This document shows positions 27,668 to 37,649 of a stretch of 64,000 bases of DNA, one piece after another. The stretch lies in contig JAXHVD010000001.1 of NCBI GenBank assembly GCA_034189385.1, positions 288,001-352,000 of the forward strand, in the 5' to 3' direction. The translations under genes and the position numbers were made by a program. The notes under the pieces are model-generated. The model did no database searches. It saw nothing but the letters and a program-made list of their open reading frames with translations, and had not been told where the DNA came from. This DNA comes from Thermodesulfobacteriota bacterium. Its GTDB lineage: Bacteria; Desulfobacterota; Desulfobacteria; Desulfobacterales; C00003060. Every line of letters starts with the position of its first letter. The first letter of the stretch is position 1.

Positions 27668-28785
27668 TTCCGGTATTTGAACCTCTAATTGACCGGCAAG
27701 AAATTGACGCTGTGGTTGCTGCATTAGAGCACGGCGAGATTTCAGGTACATTTGGCAAATCGATCCCTAACTTTGAACAAAAGTTTTCGGAGTATTGCGG
27801 CTGCAAATATGGCGTCGCAGTGAATAGTGGCACCTCTGGCCTACACCTTGCGGCAGCGGCGGCTGACATCGGGGCCGGTGATGAAGTCCTCGTCAGTGCA
27901 AGCACGAATATTGCCACCGCATTAGCAGCTGTCCACAATGGTGCCGTCCCGGTCCCCGTGGACTCAGAAAACGTGACTTGGAACCTTGACCTTGAGTTGA
28001 TCGAACGTCTGGTCACTCCTAATACCCGCGCCATAATACCCGTGCATCTTTTCGGGCACCCCGTAGACATGGATCGTCTTATGGAAATTGCCATACGACA
28101 TGACTTGGTCGTAATTGAAGACTGTGCAGAGTCCCACGGAGCTACCTGCCGTGGTAAGATGACGGGCGGCTTTGGCGATATGGGCTGCTTTAGCTTCTAC
28201 GCCAACAAGGTCATCACAACAGGTGAAGGGGGTATGGTAATAACGAACGACGAATCACTGGCTGAAAGGCTACGATTGTTGCGAAATTTGGCATTTACCA
28301 AGCCGCGTTTTCGGCATGAGGTGGCGGGCTATAATTACCGAATGACGGGTTACCAGGCAGCCATGGGATTAGCTCAATTGGGCAAAATCGATCACATTAT
28401 TCGTGAAAAGCGCCGTGTTGCCCGTACGTATAGCGACTACCTAAAAGACATTCGAGGTTTGCAATTGCCGGTGGAACTGGATTGGGCCAGAAATGTCCAT
28501 TGGATGTATGCTGTTGTAGTCAAACCGGAATTTGGAATGACGCGTGATCAATTGATGGAAGCTCTATGGGCCGACGGAATACAAACAAGAACCTTTTTCT
28601 GTCCGATGAGCCAGCAACCAGTTTTGCAGTCGTTGCCCGGCTTTCAGGATGTACCCACACCGGTGGCTGACCGGCTATGGGAGACCGGGCTGTATTTGCC
28701 CTCCTCCTGGAATTTGTCAGAGGAAATCATCAAGAATATTTCGGACAGGATTCGAGGAGCCTGTAGGGAAGGAAGAAAAGAATAG
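27664..28785 (+). CDS. DegT/DnrJ/EryC1/StrS aminotransferase (perosamine-synthase-like)
   Basis: NSGTSGLH, PVHLFGHP, IEDCAESHG, FSFYANKVITTGEGGM, GYNYRM. Confidence 0.9.
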   Translation: MIPVFEPLIDRQEIDAVVAALEHGEISGTFGKSIPNFEQKFSEYCGCKYGVAVNSGTSGLHLAAAAADIGAGDEVLVSASTNIATALAAVHNGAVPVPVDSENVTWNLDLELIERLVTPNTRAIIPVHLFGHPVDMDRLMEIAIRHDLVVIEDCAESHGATCRGKMTGGFGDMGCFSFYANKVITTGEGGMVITNDESLAERLRLLRNLAFTKPRFRHEVAGYNYRMTGYQAAMGLAQLGKIDHIIREKRRVARTYSDYLKDIRGLQLPVELDWARNVHWMYAVVVKPEFGMTRDQLMEALWADGIQTRTFFCPMSQQPVLQSLPGFQDVPTPVADRLWETGLYLPSSWNLSEEIIKNISDRIRGACREGRKE

Positions 28786-28923
28786 CGTCTACTAATGTTG
28801 GATATTGTGTCATTGCATTCACTGAAAGCAAAGATACCTTTCTGCTGTTATAAGGTCATACCGTTGGGACGGGGATGGCATGTTTTTTGTTGGAAAAGGT
28901 GAGGAGTTAGATAGGAATTTCAG

Positions 28924-29688
28924 ATGAGTTCATACACTGGGCGGCATGCTGAACTTTACGACGTCTTTTACGCAGATAAGCCATACGAGGAGGAAGCGGC
29001 GTTCGTCCATCAATGCTTGCAAGAATATGGCATCGTGACAACACGAAGCGTACTTGAGTTGGCGTGCGGTACTGGCTCACATGCTCTGGCGCTTGAGAAA
29101 TTCGGCTACCAAATTGTTGCTACAGATTACTCAGAAGACATGTTGGCCCGAGCCCGGCGCAAAGCGGCCGAATTGGGTTCTTCCGTTGATTGTCAGTGGC
29201 AAGATATGCGTACGTTAGACGTTGCAGAGAGGCCGTTTGAGGCCGTGATTTGCCTGTTCGATTCGATAGGATACGTAAAGACTAACGAAGATATTACGAG
29301 AGTGCTTAAGGGGGTCCATCGACACCTCTGTCCGGACGGGCTGTTTATCTTTGAATTCTGGCATGCAGGTGCGATGTTGCCCGGTTACGAGCCTGTGCGT
29401 GTTCGCGAATGGGCCATGCCTGAAGGCAAATTTATTCGAATTTCACAAACAGAGTTGGACTGCGTACAACAGACAGCCACTGTCCAATATAGTGTTTATG
29501 AGTTACGTGATGATGGGACCTATGACAGTTTTGAAGAAACTCAGGTGAACCGGTATTTCCTCATTCAGGAAATGGCGGCTTTGCTCTCTTCTTGCGACTT
29601 CACGCCTCTCAAATGGTTCTCGGGATTCTCAGATAACGAAGAGATTGATGAAAACACCTGGCATGTGTTAGCGGTGGCGCGAAGGTGA
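28924..29688 (+). CDS. Class I SAM-dependent methyltransferase (possible amino-sugar N-methyltransferase)
   Basis: YD..Y..K.Y..EA, LELACGTG, QDMR, CLFDSIGY. Confidence 0.8.
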   Translation: MSSYTGRHAELYDVFYADKPYEEEAAFVHQCLQEYGIVTTRSVLELACGTGSHALALEKFGYQIVATDYSEDMLARARRKAAELGSSVDCQWQDMRTLDVAERPFEAVICLFDSIGYVKTNEDITRVLKGVHRHLCPDGLFIFEFWHAGAMLPGYEPVRVREWAMPEGKFIRISQTELDCVQQTATVQYSVYELRDDGTYDSFEETQVNRYFLIQEMAALLSSCDFTPLKWFSGFSDNEEIDENTWHVLAVARR

Positions 29689-29737
29689 CGCTAGGGATTC
29701 CCTTTGGAAGGGTTTTCCAAGGAGCTGTATTGGTAGA

Positions 29738-30979
29738 ATGAAAGTCGGCGTATATTTGGATGACAGCACTCCTCAGGCGGGAGGCGGGCATGCGTTCCAG
29801 GATGACATATTTCAGGCCTTAGTTGAGCTTGCGGTTGAAAGCAAGCATTTTTTTGTGGTCTTTGGTGAAGGTCAACCTCGGCAATCCTTTATCAGACCTT
29901 CTCCAAACTTGGCGTTCGTTGATTTGTTGAAACTCCGGCGTAAACAGATGAAAAGACGGGTACGTATCAAATTGGCACGGGCCTATAATAGAATCGCCTT
30001 TGAACTTCCAGGGATGCCGCTTTTGAGTCGGGGCAGGTCAACGTGGATCGACCAACAGCTTTCAGATGTTGGCATCGATATCTTGTGGAACATTACGCCT
30101 CCCGGGATTCATCCGGACAACGTCCCTTTCATTTGCACGGTGCTTGACCTTCAGCATCGCCTCCAGCCATGGTTTCCTGAGGTCAGTACCGAGGGGATGT
30201 GGGGCTGGCGAGAAGCGCAGTACAGTCGTTTGCAGCGGGCAGCATTCGTCATCGTGGGGACTGAAACAGGTAAATCTGAAGTGATGCGATTCTATCAAGT
30301 GCCACAGGAACGGATCAAAGTGCTTCCTCATCCGACCCCTAATTTTGCTTTGCGAGAGAACCGATCTGGCCGAGAAGAAGATGATGAAGAAGTCATGCGG
30401 AGATACCAGATTTCACACGAATATTTGTTTTACCCGGCTCAGTTCTGGCCTCACAAGAACCACGTCAATCTGTTGCTGGCCTTACGTTACCTGCGGGATG
30501 CCTTCGGAATTGAGTATCATTTAGTTTTCGTGGGCTCGGACAAGGGGAATGAGTCTTATGTGAGATCTGTGGCTCAAAAGTTGGGCTTGCACTCGAACAC
30601 CCATTTTCTCGGCTTCGTGTCTCAGGAGGAGATGGTCTCCTTATATCGTCAGGCTTTTGCTTTGACGTACTTGACATTCTTTGGGCCTGAGAACCTTCCT
30701 CCGCTGGAGGCATTTGCCTTGGGATGTCCTGTAATAGCTTCAAGAGTTCCGGGAGCAGAAGAACAATTGGGTGGTGCAGCCCTGCTGGTAGATCCGAACA
30801 ATGTAGAGCAGGTCGCAAATGGGATCAAACAGCTCAGGGATGATTCTGATCTCCGGCAGGGACTGGTAACGCGGGGATATGCTCGAGCATCCAGTTGGAC
30901 TGGAGTGGATTTTGTTAGAAGTGTGTTTTCCATATTCGACGAGTTCGAGTCGGTACGGCGTTGCTGGTCGATGCACTAG
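29738..30979 (+). CDS. Glycosyltransferase family 4
   Basis: DLQHR, YPAQFWPHKNH, GPENLPPLEAFALGCPVIAS. Confidence 0.9.
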   Translation: MKVGVYLDDSTPQAGGGHAFQDDIFQALVELAVESKHFFVVFGEGQPRQSFIRPSPNLAFVDLLKLRRKQMKRRVRIKLARAYNRIAFELPGMPLLSRGRSTWIDQQLSDVGIDILWNITPPGIHPDNVPFICTVLDLQHRLQPWFPEVSTEGMWGWREAQYSRLQRAAFVIVGTETGKSEVMRFYQVPQERIKVLPHPTPNFALRENRSGREEDDEEVMRRYQISHEYLFYPAQFWPHKNHVNLLLALRYLRDAFGIEYHLVFVGSDKGNESYVRSVAQKLGLHSNTHFLGFVSQEEMVSLYRQAFALTYLTFFGPENLPPLEAFALGCPVIASRVPGAEEQLGGAALLVDPNNVEQVANGIKQLRDDSDLRQGLVTRGYARASSWTGVDFVRSVFSIFDEFESVRRCWSMH

Positions 30980-30991
30980 CCTCCAATTCTT

Positions 30992-31915
30992 ATGGTAAGT
31001 CCAAGCCTTAGACAACTGCCCCCACCACCCCCCAACAAAAAGGGATGGCCGTGGACCGAGGAGAGTCCACAAGTTCCAGACGCCATGCCCGATTGTAGTG
31101 CCTGGCCGAAGATCAGCATCGTCACGCCTTCATACAACCAAGGGCGGTTTATCGAAGAAACCATTCGTTCCGTGCTCCTCCAGGGGTATCCCAACTTAGA
31201 ATATATGGTGATAGATGGAGGTTCAGATGACGGCAGTGTTGATATCATCCAAAAATACTCAGATCATCTCGCATTTTGGATAAGCGAATCCGATAAAGGA
31301 CAAGTTGACGCCATAAACAAAGGATTCGACGAGGCAACGGGTGCCATTTTCGGTTGGATCAATTCGGACGATTTTTACTATCCGGGGGCCTTTCATGTTA
31401 TTGCGAGAACCTTTCTTGACTGCCCTGACATGGCCCTTATTTACGGATACGAGGACAACGTAGATATCCGGGGCAGATTGATACAACCGGTCTTTCCAAC
31501 GGTTAGGGACGCACGCACGACCATGCTCTATTTTGCCCAGCCTCTGCCGCAGCTCGCTTGCTTCTGGCGAAGTGACGCACACCGAGCCGTTGGCGGACTG
31601 AACGAGGCCCTTCACTATCTGCTTGACTATGATTTCTTGCTTCGGTTGGCATATCGTTTTCCTTCTGCATACTTGCATTTGCGCGTTGGGGCTTTTCGCA
31701 AGTATCCCGAGCAGAAGACGCAAATGACCAAGCGGGTCATTTCTGAACAGTACACAGTCCTGGAGCAGTTTGTGAATGGGCTGGATATTCCGCCGTGGAA
31801 GCGGCAGTTGTTGAGATGCTGGCACCGGGCATTGCTCAGATGGAGATACAAGTTAGGCTTTCAGGGAGGTAAATCGGTGGCTCGAAGGCTGCACAAGATG
31901 GTTGCTTGGAGGTGA
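30992..31915 (+). CDS. Glycosyltransferase family 2
   Basis: ISIVTPSYNQG, DGGSDD, D.GQ..AINKG, WINSDD. Confidence 0.9.
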   Translation: MVSPSLRQLPPPPPNKKGWPWTEESPQVPDAMPDCSAWPKISIVTPSYNQGRFIEETIRSVLLQGYPNLEYMVIDGGSDDGSVDIIQKYSDHLAFWISESDKGQVDAINKGFDEATGAIFGWINSDDFYYPGAFHVIARTFLDCPDMALIYGYEDNVDIRGRLIQPVFPTVRDARTTMLYFAQPLPQLACFWRSDAHRAVGGLNEALHYLLDYDFLLRLAYRFPSAYLHLRVGAFRKYPEQKTQMTKRVISEQYTVLEQFVNGLDIPPWKRQLLRCWHRALLRWRYKLGFQGGKSVARRLHKMVAWR

Positions 31916-31962
31916 GATCCTTCAAATGGCGTCATAATTGGGCATAATAGGTTCTAACAAAG

Positions 31963-32010
31963 AAGCCGAGACGTCCCGGCATCGTGCCCGAGAGTGTCTC
32001 GGCTTTTTTT
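31963..32010 (+). terminator. Rho-independent terminator closing the polysaccharide cluster
   Basis: AAGCCGAGAC...GTCTCGGCTT stem followed by a T-run. Confidence 0.75.
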
Positions 32011-32075
32011 GTCCAATATAGCCCACTAAGGCCAAAGCCAGAAACAGAGGATGATGAGGCAGAAGCTTTACTTTG

Positions 32076-32456
32076 CTATTCTGGCACGCCCAGGAATAGC
32101 TGATCGCCTCCAATGGCTCCCCGTTCCACATAGATCGTGCCGCTTGAGGTCTCGATAGTACCTGCAAGCTCGCACTCTCCATCCATTGTGAGCTGTCCAC
32201 CAGTCACGCTTGACGTCTCACCCATGAAGGTTGTGTACGTTCCCCCTGACGCAATAAGTCCACCGGCATCAATGGTCAGGGTGCACTGATCCCAGCATTG
32301 GGTCCCTGAAGCATCCCCGGCCCAGACCTCAGTGTCCCATACCCCTTCAAGATCCTGCTGTTGACAATGTGCCCAGGGAGATTCCCAGCTAAATCCTGTC
32401 GCTGGCATTGTAACGCATGCCAAGATCAGAGAAATGACCAAGTATTTTTGCCACAT
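32076..32456 (-). CDS. Small secreted Cys-containing beta-rich protein downstream of cytochrome 1
   Basis: GGAGG RBS, signal peptide, four Cys in the mature part. Confidence 0.7.
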   Translation of the reverse strand: MWQKYLVISLILACVTMPATGFSWESPWAHCQQQDLEGVWDTEVWAGDASGTQCWDQCTLTIDAGGLIASGGTYTTFMGETSSVTGGQLTMDGECELAGTIETSSGTIYVERGAIGGDQLFLGVPE

Positions 32457-32546
32457 CTTTCATCCTCCCTATTTTTATTAACGGTAGACGGCCGTCCGTC
32501 GCTGTTAGTGTTTACTGCCCAGTGTTGACTTGGTCCTGCTAAAGGC

Positions 32547-34630
32547 CTCCTCGCTTCTGCCCTTCACCGTATTCAACTCAACTCCTCGCTTACGGGTAGG
32601 GGTCCCACTTAATGGCATCGGTAATGACATAGCCATTTGCATCATCGCTCACTTCTACAGAGCCCGATGATGGTGATGCAGTAAAGGTGAAAGGGCCTCC
32701 TATATAATTCCAGTCTCCGGTCTGGATTTTCTGGTTGACGTCGATAGTTGTAGGCCCTCCACTATAATAAATAGTATAGGGCGCATCGCTGGCCCTGTTT
32801 GAACCTCCCGTCCACCAGCCATAAAGCTCGTAGTCTCCTGCTTCAGGTATCGAGAATGTCCAGGTGGCCTTGGCTGTGGCACCTCCACCACTTCCAGCAT
32901 GGTAGTGCTCAGAATTCTTGTACGAATTAGCGCTTCCGCTGGTCAGCCACCCTGTGCCCTGGGTGGAAAATTCAGGGTCCAGATCATCCACATAGATCGC
33001 GCCAGGGGTGACGACAGTCAAGACAGCTGTGCCTTGCCCAGAATTAGAGGCGTCATCTGTTGCCGTGATGACAAGGCTTTTGGGGATGTCAGGCGTGCTA
33101 GCGGGGACAGTGGCCTCGTAGCTGTATATACCATCACCAATACTCTGGTCTCCATTGTTGCCATTGTCATTCATCGCTTGATTTGAACTGCCCCCTATGA
33201 CACTCAGGTCAACTTCGATTTTGCTGGGAAGGGTATCGTCAAAATCGCCATCAGGATCGTACACAGAGGCCGTGATCAGTGTGGAGCCGCTTCCGTCGTT
33301 AGGCACCGTGTCCGGCGCTGCCTCTGCATTCAAGACCTTGGGACTAAGGTTGGGTGTTCTTACATAAGTAATACCATTATGGCAGGCCTTGCAGACGCCG
33401 TTTGAGGCGATGGTCGATGACCCATAATTCATAAAGCCCCCCACGCTTTGCGCCAGTGTCGCGTTCGGGTCTGAAGGGGGAACCTGCTTGGCATGGTAAT
33501 GCTCATGATTAAGGTATGAATTAACGGACGTACTTGTAAGCCAGCCACTGCCTTGGGTGGAAAACCCGGCAGCCAAATCATCAACAATGATATCTGGCGT
33601 GGTATCTCCATTGGTATCCCATCCAATGGCATCGGCAATGACATAGCCATTGGCATCATCGCCTAAAACCACGGTGCCTGATGTTGCCCCAGCAAAGGTG
33701 AACGTGCCTATATAATTCCAGGCTCCGGTCTGGATTGTCTGATCGACGTCGATGGTCTGAGAAAAGCTGCCGTAGCTTATCGTATAGGGCGCATCACTGG
33801 CCCTGTTTGAACCTCCTGTCCACCAGCCATAAAGGTCGAACGTACCCCCTGAAGGTACGGAAAAGGCCCATGTGGCCGTGGCTGTGGGCCCTGTGGATGG
33901 TATTAGATAGACAAAATTCAAGGCCGGCACTTTGTCCGTAGTGCCAGGGGTACTGATCATCTCTCCGTGCCTGATCATGGCCTGGCTAGGTGAACCATGG
34001 ACATTGTGGCAGGCGATACAGCTTTCCCGTGAGTCGGCCGTGCCGTCCCAGTCAGAGTCAAAGTGATTGGAGTTGATTTTTAGATGGATATTATGGGAAT
34101 TAGTTGGGCTTGTATCAGCGTTCCAGAAGTTAGTGCCGCTTACACCGGACGAAAACAGATCCGTGGCGCTATGGCAATCCAGGCAAAGGGCAAAACTCTG
34201 GGAATTAAGCGAGGCCGTCAGTCTCGGCAGATTCATGGCCGGCTGACCATCAACGTCCTTTAAGCGGTAGCTATCACTATAGGGGTTCACTGCAACTGGC
34301 GGGCTGCCTTCTGTGACCTCATAGGTCCGCGGCTCACCATCAATGTGGTTCTTCTCCGCATCATGGCAATTGGTGCAAACGATCTTGTGGCCCGTAATGT
34401 TATAGCCGTACGTGTCCCCATTGTTCTCATCACCGGCAATACAGGGCGCATAGACACTGTCAATGATGGCAGATTCATTGGTACCCGTGGTGGCAGGATC
34501 GTCATCATGGCAGCCCAGACACCAGTTCTCCTTACCAACCTTTAAAGTCTTGCCGTCCGATTCGTAGACGCCATCCGCCCAGTTAGTCCAGGCACCGATA
34601 ACGGAATCATCTAAACCATCAAAGGCACCA
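32547..34630. repeat. Direct repeat copy 1 (~2.08 kb) of 37650-39733
   Basis: Offset 5103 bp; translations identical; I noticed only one nucleotide difference (34609). Confidence 0.9.
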
Positions 34631-36441
34631 TTCGGGCTGTGACAATCAATGCACGAATTCTTCAACGGAGACACCCCGTGGCAGACATTACATAGTTCAG
34701 AGGCTGAGTATGTGGAAGAAAGCAGCGGCCCTTTTGGATCGGTGAAATGCGTCGTATGGGAGGCACTCACGGGTTCGACACAGGATGGTGCGTACTGTCT
34801 CTTGTAGAACCCGTCGATACCTGAGCCGCAGTTGGCATATACGTTGACGTTACATTCGGGATCAGGTGGCGCTGGGTCCAGATGGCAGACGGCGCAAAGG
34901 GAGCCCCAGTATGTCAGAGCCCCTTCTGTCTGAGCAGCGCCCTTGCTGACGTCAGGATCGTGCCAGTCCATGGTATTGTCCATGTCACTGTCCGAGCCAA
35001 AAGCAATTTCGCAACCATTCGCATCAAAGTATATCAGATTGCCCATTTCCCTCCGAGTCATAGCCGGGTTGGACTGACCGTGGGGGTCATGGCAAAGTAC
35101 GCAGGTGCCGTGAAACACTGGTGCATCAAGGGTTCCAGGAGCAGGCCCGCCCACATGCATCAGGTGCAGGTTCTCCGGCCCTACGGCGACGCCGCAGGCA
35201 TCTTTGAAATTCGTGTCCAAGTTCGCTGCCGAATCGTTAGTGGTAATGCACTGCTCATTGTGGCACTTGTAACAAAGGGCAAAGGCCCCGTCCGGGCCTG
35301 GGTCATAGGTGTTGTATGGCAGTTGCATGCCCATGTCGTCATCGGAGTAGAACCGAAAGTTCGTAGGGTTCGAAGTGTCTTGGATGTAATCGAATATGGG
35401 AAGCCGGTGATCATCGATATGATCGCTGGAGGGGTCATGACACCACGTGCAGTTTAAAATAGTTCCGTGTCCGGTCGCATAGAACCCAGAGGTGGCATTG
35501 TCACGAATAACGTTTGGCGCATACTTCCAAAACTCCACAAACCGCATTGCATCGAACGAGACGTTCGCAGTCCAATTCAGTCCGCCACTGTTTTCATTGA
35601 TAATGATTAGGATCTTCTTGATGGTGTTCACTGAGGGGTCAAATGATCCGAAATCAGCAAAGGGCAAAGCAACAAATGACCAAGCCCCGTCTCTCAGGTC
35701 AGACTGGCGAATCTTCCCAGCAAACACGTTGGCAGATTGATCGACGAGCTTAATCTTGATGTTTCTGATCCGCGTTTTTTTATCGACCTTGACATAGAGG
35801 ACAAGCGCGTCTGTGCCACTGACGTCGAGGGGAGAGGGGAAGGCCCGCACCAATTTGCCAAACTCCTCTACGGCCCTGTCCCAGTTTAACTTCACTCTCA
35901 TGTGCTTGGAGCCGTCAGGCCCCCCGTCATACTCAAAAAACGGTGGCTTGGCGTCTTTTTTGTTTATCCAATTCGTTCGGAGTTGTTCTTCAGGATCTGG
36001 AGGAGGGTTGTATTCAAAATCATCCACAAGGCGGGCAGATGGACCTCCTGTGTCCAGGTCATGACAGGTGGCGCACCACCGCTCTTTTCCTATCTTGAGT
36101 CGGCCATCGGTTTCATAAATGAGAGACTGTGTGGCGCCCGCGGACGACATGACATTCTCCCAGTTGGCTATTGCCCCAACGGTGCTATCGTTGACACCAT
36201 CGTAGACGCCACCTCGGCTGTGGCAGGGGTCGCAAGCGGCCTGCGAGGCATTTTGATAGGTCTCCGGGGTTGCCGTATGGCAGGCGCCGCAGTTGGTGCC
36301 AAGTTCCGGCCCCCTCAGCTCAGTCAGGTGGGTTTGATGGGGGGCGTCGTTTTGATCGGCGATGAGAAGAGTGTTACTCCCCGCGAAAAGTATCAGCCCC
36401 GAGGATAGCGAAAAAATCAAGAAAATCTTCAAGATACGCAT
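32590..36441 (-). CDS. Large secreted multiheme c-type cytochrome 1 (14 CxxCH) with CBM-like, golvesin-like and choice-of-anchor-X-like domains
   Basis: 14 CxxCH counted; AGGAGG RBS before ATG 36441; signal peptide; MNDNGNNGDQSIGDGIYS motif; C-terminal IYVDD...ATWTF...DAIKW domain. Confidence 0.88.
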   Translation of the reverse strand: MRILKIFLIFSLSSGLILFAGSNTLLIADQNDAPHQTHLTELRGPELGTNCGACHTATPETYQNASQAACDPCHSRGGVYDGVNDSTVGAIANWENVMSSAGATQSLIYETDGRLKIGKERWCATCHDLDTGGPSARLVDDFEYNPPPDPEEQLRTNWINKKDAKPPFFEYDGGPDGSKHMRVKLNWDRAVEEFGKLVRAFPSPLDVSGTDALVLYVKVDKKTRIRNIKIKLVDQSANVFAGKIRQSDLRDGAWSFVALPFADFGSFDPSVNTIKKILIIINENSGGLNWTANVSFDAMRFVEFWKYAPNVIRDNATSGFYATGHGTILNCTWCHDPSSDHIDDHRLPIFDYIQDTSNPTNFRFYSDDDMGMQLPYNTYDPGPDGAFALCYKCHNEQCITTNDSAANLDTNFKDACGVAVGPENLHLMHVGGPAPGTLDAPVFHGTCVLCHDPHGQSNPAMTRREMGNLIYFDANGCEIAFGSDSDMDNTMDWHDPDVSKGAAQTEGALTYWGSLCAVCHLDPAPPDPECNVNVYANCGSGIDGFYKRQYAPSCVEPVSASHTTHFTDPKGPLLSSTYSASELCNVCHGVSPLKNSCIDCHSPNGAFDGLDDSVIGAWTNWADGVYESDGKTLKVGKENWCLGCHDDDPATTGTNESAIIDSVYAPCIAGDENNGDTYGYNITGHKIVCTNCHDAEKNHIDGEPRTYEVTEGSPPVAVNPYSDSYRLKDVDGQPAMNLPRLTASLNSQSFALCLDCHSATDLFSSGVSGTNFWNADTSPTNSHNIHLKINSNHFDSDWDGTADSRESCIACHNVHGSPSQAMIRHGEMISTPGTTDKVPALNFVYLIPSTGPTATATWAFSVPSGGTFDLYGWWTGGSNRASDAPYTISYGSFSQTIDVDQTIQTGAWNYIGTFTFAGATSGTVVLGDDANGYVIADAIGWDTNGDTTPDIIVDDLAAGFSTQGSGWLTSTSVNSYLNHEHYHAKQVPPSDPNATLAQSVGGFMNYGSSTIASNGVCKACHNGITYVRTPNLSPKVLNAEAAPDTVPNDGSGSTLITASVYDPDGDFDDTLPSKIEVDLSVIGGSSNQAMNDNGNNGDQSIGDGIYSYEATVPASTPDIPKSLVITATDDASNSGQGTAVLTVVTPGAIYVDDLDPEFSTQGTGWLTSGSANSYKNSEHYHAGSGGGATAKATWTFSIPEAGDYELYGWWTGGSNRASDAPYTIYYSGGPTTIDVNQKIQTGDWNYIGGPFTFTASPSSGSVEVSDDANGYVITDAIKWDPYP

Positions 36442-36708
36442 CGTCTCTCTCCTCCTTAATCTCGTTTGCGCAAAGGCAAATACACACAAAAGGACTGTCT
36501 GTCCTGACGCTTTCTAAAAAATCAGTCCGACCGCTTCCCAACGACTAGTCTTTCAGTCCCAAATCTGGACCTGCCAACCGACACAACATATTAAAAATAT
36601 CTCATTTTGTGCTTACATGCTACATCATTGGAAGGCAATTCGGGATATCCCTAGTTTTGCCCAGAAAAAGAACGTATTTATTGGAAAATAATTACTTGGT
36701 AGATGAGC

Positions 36709-36860
36709 TAGTTTCCATCGAGAAATGGCCCTTTTCCGCAATCTCGGTATCAATCTGCAGCCCTACTGGCGCGACGCAGTTTGGTGCCTCCGCACAATTC
36801 CTTGATTTTTTTGGACCTTTTGACCTTGCGGAAAATTACTTATTTCTAAATTGGAAACTG
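36709..36860. mobile_element. MITE-like insertion in the cytochrome 1 leader
   Basis: Imperfect terminal IR: gtttccatcgagaaat ... atttctaaattggaaac. Confidence 0.5.
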
Positions 36861-37015
36861 ACGCCAGCGCCCACCTCCTTTTTAGATATTCATTGTGGGT
36901 TACGCAGTGGGGGTTACAACATGAAGGAATGAAATTACAGGCCTATTTTACGCCTATGCCAGAACTTAGCCAAGGGATGCGTCTTTGTCAACCCCATTAC
37001 CCACCTTTTTTGAAT

Positions 37016-37031
37016 AGCAAGTGTCGTTCCA
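37016..37031 (-). promoter_or_regulatory. Sigma54 (-24/-12) promoter for cytochrome 1
   Basis: Minus strand TGGAAC-GACAC-TTGCT, GG-N10-GC spacing. Confidence 0.6.
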
Positions 37032-37375
37032 GAGAGGTAGAAGCGGTGCTTGGTAATCAAATCGGAGCATTAGGCAACATTGTCGACGGGAGCGAAGGAT
37101 GCCTCGTATGTAAAAAAACAGCAATGAGTGAAAAAATACCATTTTTTGGCTTTTGGGGGGTGAAAGCATGTTCGTGTTGGGGAACACAAAACCGTTTTTG
37201 TAGGATTTCAATCTCAGCGGAAAAACGCTGAACGCGCCCCAGTAAAGGCCTTTGGCGAACGGGGCAGGCAGAGGGAATATATCTGTCTCTTTGGATTATC
37301 AAACAAATAAACTCCTCAGCCGGAAAAAGAACCGCAGGGGCGCCCTCATAGTGATGATGGGGCAGAAGGGTTTTA

Positions 37376-37645
37376 CTATTCTGGCACGCCCAGGAATAGC
37401 TGATCGCCCCCAATGGCTCCCCGTTCCACATAGATCGTGCCGCTTCAGGTCTCGATAGTACCTGCAAGCTCGCACTTTCCATCCATTGTGAGCTGTCCAC
37501 CAGTCACGTTTGAGGTCTCACCCATGAAGGTTGTGTACGTTCCCCCTGACGCAATAAGTCCACCGGCATCAATGGTCAGGGTGCACCGATCGCAGCATTG
37601 GGCCCCTGAAGCATCCCCGGCCCAGACCTCAGTGTCCCACACCCC
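37376..37645 (-). pseudogene. 5'-truncated duplicate of the small secreted protein gene 32076-32456
   Basis: Near-identical to 32076-32345; about 200 bp carrying the start and signal peptide are missing. Confidence 0.8.
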
Positions 37646-37649
37646 AGGT

